A DNA stretch of 64,000 bases from Octopus sinensis (GCF_006345805.1 NC_042998.1:5704001-5768000), one strand, 5' to 3'. Positions 1-13,615 are shown, numbered from the stretch's first letter. Notes: a model not told the origin generated them from the letters alone. Program-made: numbers and translations.

Positions 1-1269
1 GCAAAAATACCCTGTTCCTGTTGTTGAAATTCCAATGAAGGAGCTTTGGATCTAAGTTTTAGAAGGTGTCTCTCTATTGGCAAATCTTGAAATAAAACTG
101 AATAATGACATACATACATACATACACACATGCATGCATACATACATACATACATGCATACATACATACATACATACATACATACATACATACATACGTA
201 CGTGGTGGCTGCCCCCTCGTTATCAAGTATGGCCATTGCACGAAGCTTAATCAATGTTGTTATCGTGCGATGCCTGTGCAAGAAGATTTTTTTTAAAGTG
301 AGGAAAGGCTGTGCACAGAGTCAATCCCACTCACTAAGCAACAGCAGCCATAATCCGAAAAGAAGAACAAGTCAACATCATTGGTAACCACTGAGCCGCA
401 GGTTTTATGTCGGAGTTATCCCAGTTACCTGAGTTACCTTCTCCTAGAAGGATGTCCTAACAAAGGCTAGGAGTCCTTCAATCCCAATGGTTTAATCGCA
501 CGATCGGGTATTCAGTCCGATTATTTCTATGCCCCTGCACATGATACAGCCTTAAGACATTTATTGGATGGCCGTTGACACACATACATACATACATGGT
601 GGAAGTCAACTGATAATTAAGTAAGATCACTTCTTAAAATCAAGAATCTAAAAAGTTCCTGTATGTGAATTTGTTTTGAGTGGGTAAAGTGTTGCACATG
701 ACAGAACTCACTTTCAGTACAAACGGCTTTAACACCAGTGATAAAAACGTAAATTGAGATATTCCAGAAACCAGCTGCACTTCAGGTTTTTGGGGTTTTT
801 TTATATACAAGTTTACTTTCTTCTAGAAGGGAGTTCAGATGACAACTAAGGATCCTTCACCCCTGGTTATCAATATACTAGTTAACCTAAGGTAGAGAGC
901 TAGCAGAACCATTACCCCACTGGACAAAATGTTGAGGGTATTTTCAAGTTAAAGGAAAGTTTGAGATGTATTGTGCAACAAAATAGTTCATATTTGGTTG
1001 ATTAAAAATGAAATGGTATGTATTTATTGACCTTTTTCTTTCCTTTAAAAATCGGCAGAAGCTTTCCAGACAATCCAATATTTTGATTCTGCATGATGCA
1101 AAGTCATTAGCAGATGAAAGTTTTCTTAAAGTATAAATCATGTGTAAGAAAGAAATTAGGATATGGCTAGCCATGGAATGCTCATGGAAAAGCTTAATAA
1201 AATCTGGTGCAGTAAAAGTGTCCAAACTAAGTTAAAAATAATTGGGGTGTGAGTGCTCATTCGGCCAAT

Positions 1270-1670
1270 AGGCATTTAGGGTTGCAAAGCATGGACTTTG
1301 AATAAATTTGAAGGGAACACAATCAATGTGTTTGAAATGTGGGTGTATAGGAGAACGTTATGAATCTTTTACAAGGATTATTATATAAATGAATGGATGT
1401 TACATGTAGGGGAAAGACAATGACTTCTGAATATTGCTAAAAAGCAAAAGTTCATCTATTATAGCCATATTTGTAGAAATAAAGATCTGGAAAGCATTAC
1501 CGTGGAAGGAAGACGAGGAGTGGGTTGCAGATGAAGGAGCAGGCAAAGTATACAATGGATGGACAATATCAAGAGCTGTTTGAACAAGAGTGGCAAAGCA
1601 GCTGGAGAACTTATTCTTTATCGAGGAGGCTTCTGTTGTCGTGTCATCAATGCACTGAAGGTTTATAATG
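1270..1670 (+). mobile_element. RTE-clade LINE 3' remnant
   Basis: Degraded GCKAWTLNK..FEMWVYRR...LLNIAK..YSHI..QWMDNIK post-RT motifs, with a gat-repeat tail. Confidence 0.65.
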
Positions 1671-1772
1671 ATGATGAAGAAAGTAGAATCATGCACAAGA
1701 GAGGATATCTTTGTATTCAATATGCTACAAATTGAGGACAGCAAGCTAGCAGAAACATTAGCATGCTCAAGG

Positions 1773-2300
1773 CGGCGCGCCGGCAGAATCGTTAACATGC
1801 TGGAGGAAATGCTTAACGGTATTTCGTCTGCCGTTACGTTCTGAGTTCAAATTTCACCAAGGTCGACTTTGCCTTTCATCCTTTTGGGGTCAATAAATTA
1901 AGTACCAGTTACGCACTGGGGTCGATGTAATCGACTTTATGCCTTTGTCTGTCTTTGTTTGTCCCCTCTATGTTTAGCCCTTGTGGGTAGTAAAGAAATA
2001 GGTATTTTGTCTGCCTTTACGTTCTGAGTTCAAATTCCGCCATGGTCGACTTTGCCTTTCATCCTTTTGGTGTCAATAAATTAAGTACCAGTTATGCACT
2101 GGGGTCGATGTAATCGACTTTATGCTTTTGTCTGTCCTTGTTTGTCCCCTCTGTGTTTAGTCCCTTGTGGGCAATAAAAAAAATAAGAAACGTTAGCATG
2201 CTGGGTGAAATGCTTAGCAGTATTTCATGTCTTTACACTCTTAGTTCAAATTCCACCAAGTTTGACTTTGCTTTTCATCCTTTCGGGGGTCAATAAATTA
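1773..2300 (+). mobile_element. SINE-B tandem multimer (about 2.5 units)
   Basis: Repeated gagttcaaattcc...gtcgactttgcctttcatcc...cccttgtggg..aaagaaata units. Confidence 0.85.
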
Positions 2301-2381
2301 AGGAGTGGCTGTGTGGTAAATAGCTTGCTTACCAACTACATGGTTCTGGGTTCAGTCCCACTGCGTGACACCTTGGGTAAC
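2301..2381 (+). mobile_element. SINE-A head fragment
   Basis: ggagtggctgtgtgg (A box) and ggttcagtccc (B box). Confidence 0.75.
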
Positions 2382-2396
2382 TTAATATGATATATA

Positions 2397-2442
<46 letters not shown>

Positions 2443-2734
2443 TATTACGAATCTCTTACAAGGATTATTAACCATGCAACTATAGAATATGAAAGACCAT
2501 AAAGAGACAGGATGGTCAGAGTTGGAAGACAATTCTATCATTGGTTTGCTTGCTTGGAGGTAAACTTTGAGGGTAGGAGGAGTTGCTAAACAACAGCTAC
2601 ACCTTGTCTTATTTCTGCTTTTGTTTGACGAAAAGCGAATACAAAACAAACACGAGAAAGCAAATCATAGAAGAGGCATGGCTGTGGAAGGAGTGGGTGG
2701 GGGTGAGGAGTAGAGTTTGATGGGTGATGAATCA

Positions 2735-2746
2735 TGTGGATGATGA

Positions 2747-2780
<34 letters not shown>

Positions 2781-3050
2781 GGCAGTGGTGGTGGTGATGG
2801 TTGGTGGTGGTGGTGGTGGTGGTGGTGGTGGTGGTGGTGGTGGTGATGATGAGGATGATGATGATGAGGAGGAGGAGGAGTAGGAGGAGGATGATAACGA
2901 GGATAAGGATGATGAAGGTACTTATCCTTCTAATGATGGAGGAGGAGGAGGAGGAGAAGATGAAAGAAGAAGAAGGGAGGAGAAAAAGAACAGCAGGTGG
3001 ATGAGGAGGAGGAGGAGATACTTTTGCTGCTGCTGCTGCTGTTGCTCTTC

Positions 3051-3087
<37 letters not shown>

Positions 3088-3127
3088 CGATGACGACGAC
3101 GATGACGACGATGACGACGACGACAAC

Positions 3128-3165
<38 letters not shown>

Positions 3166-3235
3166 CGACGATGATGACGATGATGATGATTATGTCAATG
3201 ATGATGGTGGTGATGATGACAATGATAATGAAGAG
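2735..3235. repeat. Compound trinucleotide tract (GAT/GGT/GAG/GAC)
   Basis: Direct inspection. Similar tracts at 11325-11690, 47760-48255, 51485-51620, 56762-57135 and 59880-60110. Confidence 0.95.
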
Positions 3236-4735
3236 GAAAAGTTACAGCAAAAAATAAATAAATGATAATAACAATAACAACAACAACAACTGACTTCATT
3301 TCAGTGCAAGACATTCTTCATACTCCAGTGTTCTTTCATAACATGGTAGATATTTTATAAGTGGACAAAAAAAAAAAAAAGAACATTGGTGTGGGGGGCT
3401 GGGGAAAATAAAAAGAAAAAGCAAAAAGGTAATATAGTCAGGAAAAGAATTGTAAATATGTAATTTTGCTCTCAGGTGCAATCATAGCAATGCCTGTCTT
3501 TCTTCACCGCTGCTGAACATTATGTGAAGAGCCATTCCTGCTGCCAACTTGCCACGTTAATGTCACAATATCTCTAACCAAGCAAAATAACTAATTCCTG
3601 CAAATCAGCATGTTGAAGAAGAAGAACAAAATAGATGAAAAACTGAAAATAAAACAAAAAAATTTTTCTTTTTTAGAAATGAGAGACTTTTTTTTTTTTA
3701 ACTTTTTTATATATTTTTAATAAGCAGACTAAAATGACATTTTATATTTTTAATTAGCGGACTGCAAAGAATAGCAGTATTTGTAATAGATAGAACATAT
3801 ATGATTAAAAAGAGAGAGGTGGAGAAAGAAAGAACGAAAGAAAGAAAGAACGAAAGAACGAAACAGAGAGAGAGAGAGTAAGAGGGATAGATAAATAGAT
3901 AAATGGATAAATAAATAAATAAATAAATAAATAAGGAAAGTGGAATATCCAATCAAATCAGTCTTTTATTTCTTTAATAAAAATGATATAAATTTTTTTT
4001 TTTGAAATATTTAAAGGGAAAAAAATAAGGAAATAAATTCAATGAAAATTAGAGATAGAATTAGGAAAAAAAACAAAAAGTCGTAAAAAAAAATGAAAGA
4101 ATTAAAATGGTTGCTGTCAGAGAATGGAATCATTTTGAGTCATGTTGCACAATAGAATGTGCTGTGCTTGTCAAATAGTGGCTTAAATTCTGTTGATGTT
4201 GTCCTTTATCATGATAAAAATGTTAGGAAACTCAAAAACCTTTTGTAGCACCATAATTACTTTCATATCAAAGAAAAAAAAAACTGTTATATGTATGCAT
4301 GTGCTTATGAATTTATGTATGTAAATATGTATATATACAAAAACATATGTATATGTGTGTGTGTGTCTGTGTGTATGTGTGCATACGGACGCTAAACGAT
4401 GATGATGATGATGATGATGTATGTATGTACATATATATATATATATGCATGTATGTATATATCGTTACACTTATACACATATATTTTGATTAAAAAACTT
4501 TTATATTTTAATTAAATATATAATTGAAATATATAAAGGACTCTCTCAAAATCAACGACATTCGTAAAAAAGAAAAAAAAACGGGTATATTTTCCTTTTA
4601 TTATCAAATAATGAATTTTATTTTCAGATTCCTTTAGTTTCTTCTGATATTATCCTCCATATCATTCCTAAGTCTGTTTTCCATTCTTGCATGGATTAAA
4701 TAAGTTTTCTCCAGCACATTATCATACTTTTCATC

Positions 4736-5118
4736 AGAGTGGCTATGTGGTAAGTAGCTTGCTTACCAACCACATGGTTCCAGGTTCAGTCCGACTGCGT
4801 GGCACCTTGGGCATATGTCTTTTGCTATAGCCTCAGGTCGACCAAACCCTTGTGAGTGGATTTGGTAGACGGAAACTGAAAAGAAGCTCATCGTATATAT
4901 GTATATATATGTTTGTGTGTCTGTGTTTGTCCCCCTAGCATTGCTTGACAACTGATGCTGGTCCCCATCACTTAGTGGTTCGGCAAAAGAGACCGATAGA
5001 ATAAGTACTAGGCTTACAAAGAATAAGTCCCGGGGTCGAGTTGTTCGACTAAAGGTGGTGCTCCAGCATGGCCGCAGTCAAATGACTGAAACAAGTAAAA
5101 GAGTAAAAAAAAGAGAGT
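4736..5118 (+). mobile_element. SINE-A (tRNA-headed)
   Basis: A/B boxes, internal (TA)n, tail ggtgctccagcatggccgcagtcaaatgactgaaacaagtaaaagag. Confidence 0.9.
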
Positions 5119-5124
5119 CATTTC

Positions 5125-5355
5125 TTACCTCTTTTGAGGTTCAGGCTCCTGAGATCAATTTTCACCTCTTCTTCCTTTCCCTTTTTGCCCTTTTTTTCCC
5201 ACAGGCTCCTTCTGCTTAGATCATTTGGCACTTCTACACTTAAACTATTATCTCTCATTTGTATAATTCATTTACATCCTCATAGCCTTCTTTCTTGCAT
5301 ACTACAAACGATTCCCTCATATGTCCAACTGCACTTGGCCCATTTGTGCCTTGAT
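5125..5355 (-). mobile_element. RTE-clade LINE 3' remnant
   Basis: Minus strand reads MQERRL*...EEVKIDLRSLNL. Confidence 0.5.
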
Positions 5356-5367
5356 GTTCATGTACAC

Positions 5368-5919
5368 CTGTGGTTCCCAAAGGGAGCTGTGCTGCCTACC
5401 TGAAGGTAATCGAAAGTTCCAGGGTGGTGTTGAAGAAAAATGGAGTGTTAATGGAGTGGCCAAAAGGTGGGTAATGGATACTCTTTACTCTTTTACTCTT
5501 TTACTTGTTTCAGTCATTTGACTGTGGCCATGCTGGAGCACCACTTTTAGTCGAGCAAATCGACCCAAGGACTTATTCTTTGTAAGCCTAGTACTTATTC
5601 TATCGGACTCTTTTGCCAAACTGCTAAGTTACGGGGACATAAACACATCAGCATCAGTTGTGAAGTGATGTTGGGGGGACAAACACAAACACACATACAC
5701 ACATATATATATACATATACATATATTCTTTCAGTTTCTGTCTACCAAAAAACAAAAAAATAATAGGTTGATTAGGTTAATTTTTATTTATGAAATGCAA
5801 TTGTTTTGAAATTGTTGTAGAAAATGGTCTACATTTGTGGTGGTGAGTGAGGTGGAGGTGCTAGGAATGTGGCCTGAGTACCAAAGGGGCAGCTACCTGA
5901 AAAAGTTTGGGAACCACTG
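5368..5919. mobile_element. hAT-type MITE containing a SINE-A fragment
   Basis: TIRs ctgtggttcccaaa and tttgggaaccactg. Perfect 8-bp TSD atgtacac at 5360-5367 and 5920-5927. Confidence 0.85.
5479..5749 (-). mobile_element. SINE-A 3' portion inside the hAT MITE
   Basis: Reverse complement of the SINE-A tail and body. Confidence 0.85.
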
Positions 5920-6205
5920 ATGTACACTAACATTACGCATTCATGCTCACCTCATTCTTGACTAGGTTTTGCACATCTTTTACATTTAATGCCCTTGTTT
6001 TGTTACCATGCAGTATTGCACTTTGTATGCAAGCAACAGAATGACACATGCATGGCTGTGCCATTAAGGAGTACTAATACATGGTGATATTTCAGTCTTT
6101 ACAATGGATTTCAGTGATTGTTAGGTCTGTACTATGTTTGATAACAGCTGTTCAAATAAGGATAATAATAATAATAATAATGATAATAATAATAATTATT
6201 ATTAT

Positions 6206-6267
<62 letters not shown>

Positions 6268-7413
6268 GGCCTTATACAGCTGGAAAACTACTATAAAATA
6301 ACCACCATAGGACTGCAAAAATATCTACTTCAGAAGGAAGGAAAACTGATCCAGATAGCGGCAAAACACGAGCAAAACAAAAAACTGTTTTCAGTATTTA
6401 AGGAAGCTGACAAATACAAACAAGAAATCATACCACCTAATAAACATGAGGAAGAAGAAGAAGAAGATGAAGAAACAACAAAAGCTATAAAACAAATGAA
6501 ATCCAAACTAAAAATAGAACAGCAACGGACCATGATAAAACGATGGCAAGAAAAGCCCCTTCATGGTAAATACTGGACTAAACTAAACGCAAAAGAAATA
6601 GACAAAGAAAAATCCCAGCAATGGTTGAGAAGCTCAGGACTCAAAGCAGAGACAGAGGGATTTTTAATTGCAGCACAAGACCAAAGCCTCCCCACCAGAA
6701 ATTACCAAAAACATGTAATGAAAAGAAATATTACAAGTAACTGCAGAATATGTGGAGATGGACAAGAAACAATAAATCATATTATCTCTAGCTGCCCAGT
6801 CCTGGCTAAGAAGGAATATATTCACAGACATGACAGAGTTGGAACCTACATACATTGGAAGCTATGCCAACATTATAGAATAACAACAGAAAAAAGATGG
6901 TATAGGCACACACCAGAAAAGGTCACAGAAAACGAGAAAGCAACCATACTCTGGGATATGCCGATACACACAGATAGAGAAATTAAGGCCAACAGACCAG
7001 ATATAGTTGTCAGAGATCATGAAGAAAAAAAATGCTTTCTAATTGATGTATCAATACCGGCTGATGACAACGTGTCTCTAAAAGAAATGGAGAAACTCTC
7101 AAAATACAAAGACCTGGAAATAGAGGTAACTAGAATGTGGAATCTGAAAACAGAAACAATTCCTATCATAGTAGGTGCATTAGGCATGATAAAAAAATAT
7201 TCAGACAAACACATAACAAAAACACCAGGACTTACAAACACATATAACATACAGAAAATTGCACTACTAGGCACTGCACACATCCTACGCAGAACACTTT
7301 CCATACAATGACCATCAGAGCGTCACAACAAATCACAGCACATACCCAAGGCACACAGAGCTGCGCTCGGTAGTGAAGTGAAAGCACGCTATAAAAATAA
7401 AAATAAAACTACT
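6268..7413 (+). mobile_element. 5'-truncated R4/Dong-clade non-LTR retrotransposon (RLE type), subfamily 1
   Basis: Frame is open from 6268 to 7311. Contains CRICGDGQETINHIISSC (CCHC), RHD, RPDIV...IDVSIP (PD-D/ExK endonuclease) and KExEKxxKY. Short 3' UTR. (TAA)n on both sides. Confidence 0.9.
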
Positions 7414-7653
7414 GAATAATAATAATAATAATGATAATGATAATAATAATTATTATTATTATTATTATTTTATTATTATTATTATTATATATTATTATTA
7501 TATAATAATAATAATAATTATTATTATTATTATAATAATAATAATTATTATTATTATTATTATTATTATATAATAATAATAATAATAATAATAATTATTA
7601 TTATTATAATAAAAATAATAATAATTATAATAATAATAATAATAATAATAATA

Positions 7654-7690
<37 letters not shown>

Positions 7691-7817
7691 TATTATAATA
7701 ATAATAATTAATAATTATTATTATTATAATAATAATAATAATTAATATTATTATTATTATTATAATAATAATAAAAATAATAATAATAATTATTATATTA
7801 TTATAATAATAATTATA

Positions 7818-7857
<40 letters not shown>

Positions 7858-7938
7858 CAATAATGATAATGATAATGATGATAATATAATAATGATAATA
7901 ATAATAAAAAGTGAAAGCACGCTATAAAAATAAAACTA

Positions 7939-7971
<33 letters not shown>

Positions 7972-8032
7972 TATTATTATTATTATTATTATTATTATAA
8001 TAATAATAATAATAATAATCATAATAATAATA

Positions 8033-8068
<36 letters not shown>

Positions 8069-8080
8069 ATAATAATAATT

Positions 8081-8115
<35 letters not shown>

Positions 8116-8172
8116 AATAATGATAATGATAATGATGATAATATTAATAATGATAATAATAATAATAATTAT
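7414..8172. repeat. (TAA)n/(TTA)n array with alternating orientation
   Basis: Repeated switching between aat and att runs. Confidence 0.95.
7909..7941 (+). mobile_element. Ultra-short 3'-terminal copy of Dong subfamily 1
   Basis: aagtgaaagcacgctataaaaataaaactactg matches the terminus near 7376-7413 and lies in the same TAA array. Confidence 0.8.
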
Positions 8173-8254
8173 GATTATCAATTTGTAATGCATGATACCT
8201 GATGTCAAATCATGTGTTGAAACAGATATTAATGTATTTCAGGAATTATTTGTA

Positions 8255-8664
8255 TTCTTTTACTTGTTTCAGTCATTTGACTGCGGCCATGCTGGAGCAC
8301 CGCCTTTAGTCAAAGAAATCGACCTGAGGACTTATTCTTTGTAAGCCTAGTACTTATTCTATTGGGTTCTTTTGCCAAACTGCTAAGTTACGGGGACACA
8401 CCAGCATCAGTTGTCAAGCAATAGTGGAGGGACAAGCACAGACACACACAGATATGTACATACATACATACATACATACATACATACACACATACATACA
8501 TACATACATACATACATACATACATACATACTACATAAATACATACATACATACATACATACATACATACAATACATACATACATACATACATACATACA
8601 TACATACATACATACTACATACATACATACATAAATACATACATACATACATACATACATACAT

Positions 8665-8740
<76 letters not shown>

Positions 8741-8960
8741 CGAGAGACCAAAGCATATATGTATATATACATACATTCATATATATATATATATATATAT
8801 ATACAAGAGGCTTTTTGCGATTCTTTCTAACAAATTCACTTACAAGGCTTTGATTGGCCCAAGGCTATAGTAGAAGACACTTGCCCAAGGTGCCATGCAG
8901 TGGGACTGAACCCGGAACCATGTGGTTGGGAAGCAAGCATCTTACCACACAGCCACTCCT
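8255..8960 (-). mobile_element. SINE-A with an expanded internal (TACA)n/(GA)n/(TA)n tract
   Basis: Tail at left, head at right, about 360-bp microsatellite at the usual internal site. Confidence 0.9.
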
Positions 8961-9924
8961 AGTCATTTTTGGGGGCCAAATAAACACATGCACTATATAT
9001 TAGTTCTTTATTCATTTATTATTGTTCTTATTTTATTTTTATTTTTAACTCATGTCCATTGTCCAGCAATCTTTCGTCACACATCTGTGGCCTCTTCAGT
9101 GATACTTTTCATTTTCACGTATGCTCTTACTCCAATTACACCATTCTGTTCTTCTAAGATGTTCCAAACAATGGACATGAGTTAAAATAAAAATAAAAAT
9201 AATAAAAACAGTAATAAATAAGTAAGAAATAAATATATAGTGTGTGTTTATTTGGCAAAAATTTTAAAATGACCATCCCAAAATACAAAAATAATGATAA
9301 TAATCCCTTCTACTAAAGGTACAAAGCCTGAAATTTGTGGGGAGGGGGCTAGTCGATTACATTGACTTTGGTGTTTCACTGGAACTTCATTTATCGACCC
9401 CAAAAGGATGAAAGGCAAAACTGACCTCAGCAACATTTGAACTCAGAATGTAAAAACTGATGAAATGCTGCTAAGCATTTTGCCTGGTCTGTTAACAACT
9501 CTGCCAGCTTGCCACCTTTATGTGCTTAATATATTAACTACAGTTACTTGATGTATTCTGCAAAGTCCTGTAGGTCAGTTCCATGAACCAAAAATAAAGA
9601 TTATTTTTAGTGATAATAATAAAAAATGTGATCTATTGTAATTAATTAAAACAATCAATATTGTCTTCAAACCAAAATGAAAAGTGTATAGGCTTTATAA
9701 AAGTGAATCAGTGTTGAGCATTTAATTGTAATTCAGTAGTCTGCCATGTTTGAAATAGAATTATTGCTTTAATTACTATGGGGAACAAGTACAAGAAATT
9801 CAATGCACCATCTCTGTTTTATAGCTTTTCTGTCCAATGTATATTAATTACCGCTTTCTCTAAATTTTGATAATTATTTCAAATTTTAATTGAATGGTTT
9901 TGATTAAAAAGCTGTAGGAAATTT

Positions 9925-10675
9925 ACAAATACACATACACAACCACACACACACACACATCCACACACATATGTATGTATATGTATGTATGTGTGTGTGT
10001 CTGTGTGTGTGTGTGTGTGTGTGCATATAGAGAAAAACAACTTGCTTTATATCTCTGAGCGAGAGATATACAGTATATGAATATACATATATATATGTAT
10101 GTATGTATATATATTTACAAATATATATATGTATATATGTATATATATATGTATATATATATGTATATATATTTACATATATATACATATATATCCATAT
10201 ATATGTGTGTATATATCTATATATGTGTATCTGTATGTGTGTGTATATACATATATATATATATATGTGTATGTATGTATGTATATATGTATATATGTAT
10301 ATATATATATATGTGTGTGTGTATGTATGAATATATGTAAGTATATACTTATATATATATATATGAATTGTATATGTATGTATGTATGTATGTAGGTGTG
10401 TGTGTCTATATGTATGTATGCATGCATGCATGCATGCATGTATGTATGTATGCATGCATGCATGTATGTATGTATGAATGTATGTATGTATGTATGTATG
10501 TATGTATGTATGTATGTATGTATGTATGTATGTGTGTGTGTGTGTATGTATGTTTGTATGTATGTATGTATGAATGTATGTATGTATGTATGTATGTATG
10601 TATGTATGTATGTATGTATGTATGTTTGTATGTATGTATGTATGAATGTATGTATGTATGTATGTATGTATGTAT
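9925..10675. repeat. Compound (CA)/(TG)/(TA)/(TATG) microsatellite
   Basis: Direct inspection. Confidence 0.95.
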
Positions 10676-11359
10676 TTCTTGAGGTTTTCCAACTTGAACT
10701 TCTGACTTATTTGTGTCAGCAGAAACATTACAAAGTGTACCAAGGAATTGCATTAAAGTACCAGTAACTACTAATTCAGTTCCCAATTAGATGTTGAACT
10801 TAAAAAATAAAAAAAATAAAAATAAAAATAATAATAATGGGGGGTGGGAAATGTAATTAAAAGCTGATTATTTAAGGATTCAGTAAATTTGCTAGTCCGA
10901 AAAAATATGTTGCTTTAGAAAAAGGAGCATGTGATGTTGTTAAAGAACAGGTTTCATAACTATTTCTTTTTATTTTGTTTTGTTGTTATTGTTTTTGTTT
11001 TTTTGCATTATAGTGGTTTGTTGTTTTGCTTTAATTATCTGTATATTCAACATATTTATTAATTTATTGTAACAGAAATTATGTAAACAAAATCTACTGC
11101 AAACAAGCGAATGAATAACAACGTTGCATGCAATCTCTCTTGCACTCTTCCACCCTCACTCTCATTATTGATCCCTCTCTTTCTTTATCTCTCTCTCTTT
11201 CTTTATCTCTCTCTCTCTCTCTCTCTCTTGCCCTCTCCCTCTGACTGGTGAACCATATATCTCCTCTACAACAACACACCTGTTTCTGTCCTCATTCCTC
11301 CATAGAAAAAGTAAACGGTAAAATAATGATGATGATGATGATAATGATGCTAATGATGG

Positions 11360-11405
<46 letters not shown>

Positions 11406-11573
11406 GATGATGAAGATGATGTTGATGATGATGATGAAGGTGGTGGTGGTGGTGGCGATGATGATGTTGATGCTAATGATAATGATGATGAGGATGATGA
11501 TGCTAATGATGATGATGCTAATGATGATGATGGTGATGATGATGATGACGATGATGATGATGATGATGATGAC

Positions 11574-11628
<55 letters not shown>

Positions 11629-12010
11629 GCCGCAGAGGGGAAGGAGGAGGGGAGGTGAAAGGGGGAGGAGGAGGAGGAGGAGGAGGAGTCGATTAATCAG
11701 ATTATAGAAGCGTTCTTGTTGGTTCTCTTTGTGCCATCAGGTTGATGTTGTTGAGTTCTGTGCAAGTGCTTATTACTATGGTGAGATCTGGGCAGTTTTC
11801 AGCAGGATTGATAGATGTAAACAAGCCATTTATTGTTCCACAGCATCAGCTTACTGCCAACACAATCCCTCATATTGATGCTTGCCCAGCATAAATCGTT
11901 TCTAAGCAATACCATTGTCCCCTTTTACTTCACAGGTGCTTTTTTTTTTGTCAGCTCTAAAAGGATGAAAGGCAAGGTGGACTTTGGCAGGATTTGAACT
12001 CAGAACATAA

Positions 12011-12292
12011 AGGCGTAGGAGTGGCTGTGTGGTAAGTAGCCTGCTTACCAACCACATGGTTCCAGGTTCAGTCCCACTGCATGGCACCTTGGGCAAGTGT
12101 CTTCTGCTATAGCCTCAGGTTGACCAAAGCCTTGTGAGTGGATTTGGTAGACAGAAACTGAAAGAAGCCTATCGTATATATGTGTATATATATATATATA
12201 TTATATATATATATATATATTTATTATTTTTAAATTTTTTATTTTATTTAGTTTCAGCTCACAAGCTGTGGCCATACTGGGGCACCGCCATT

Positions 12293-12331
<39 letters not shown>

Positions 12332-12567
12332 GTGTGTGTATATATATGTGTTTGTGTGTCTGTGTTTGTCCTACCCCCCAACATCACTTGACAGCCGATG
12401 TTGGTGTGTTACGTCCCCATAACTTAGCGGTTCAGCAAAAGCGACCGATAGAATAAGTACTAGGCTTACAAACAATGAGTCGTGGGGTGAATTCGCTCGA
12501 TTAAAGGCGGTGCTCCAGCATGGCCACAATCAAATGACTGAAACGAGTAAAAGAGAGTAAAAGAGAG
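12011..12567 (+). mobile_element. SINE-A, with extra sequence in the internal microsatellite
   Basis: Head, body and tail match the other copies. Confidence 0.85.
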
Positions 12568-13615
12568 CTAGAGCAAATACTTCAAAGCAGTTTTTCCGAT
12601 GCTCTAAGGATTCTTCCATTTCCATGCCCTGCTTGTCCGCTCAACACCATCAAATGACTAGCAGTAAATATGACCAAAATATGTCAATTTTCGCTTGAAA
12701 ACCAATTTTTTATTTTTGTTTTTATTACCGTTTTGATGCCATTCTATGAATAAACAAACAGAAATATCAGAAACCAGAAAACGAGCAGAATAATAATTAA
12801 CAAATATTTGTTTATGATAAAAAAAATGTTTGGTAGTTCTTTAAACAAATAATCTGCAAATAGTTATGCATTTACTGAGAAAATAGCTAATATTCTTGAG
12901 AATGATGGATAGTAGTGAAGATTGTAAAGAATATTGAAAATATTGGTAGCTACAAAGAATGGTGAATATTTTGTTGCTCAGAGTGTTATTTGGTTACCTT
13001 AATCAATTCTGCTCAAATAGAGAGAGCTATGCTATGCAGTGAGCTAATTAAATGTTTAGCAGTCCAGTTGAATGGCTTGGAAGTTCTTTAGTTTCATCTA
13101 AGACCATATTGTATATAAATAAATAAACTGTTTGGTTTTGTTGTGTGCAGGGAAACGGTGTTGTTGTTTATTATGGAGATTACAAAATAGATTTAATCAA
13201 AGCATTGCTGAAATGGTCTTTCACTTTCTTCTGCATTTCCATTTTAATCTTTTAATGAGGTTTACTTTTAAAGAGATGGAGAGAGAGGGAGGGAGGGGGA
13301 GAGGGGGAGAGAGAATAGGCAAACAGACACAAGGTGAGTGAATGAATAGGTGTAAATGAATGCTAGAATTTTCTGTGTTTGTAATAATATAGTTTTACAG
13401 TCAGATAGTGTTGGTTTCAAAATTTGCAACAAGGCTAACAATTACAGGAAAGGGGCTAAGTCAATTACATTGACTCCAGTGTTCAACTGGTACTTATTTT
13501 ATCGACCTCAAAAGGATGAAAGCCAAAAGTCAACCTCAGTAGAATTTGAACTCAGAACATAAAGATTTGCCGCTAAGTATTTTACCCAGTTTCTGGTTGA
13601 CACAACAGTAATATA

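Noticed and set aside
5203-5406. Exon after a strong polypyrimidine acceptor (ttttttcccacag)
   Set aside because: The tract is the reverse strand of an RTE remnant, and the putative exon runs into a hAT MITE.
11741-11780. 40-nt candidate exon (VDVVEFCASAYYY) with AG and GTGAGA boundaries
   Set aside because: No recognisable homology or partner exon, and the region may be a decayed LINE. Not supportable without RNA data.
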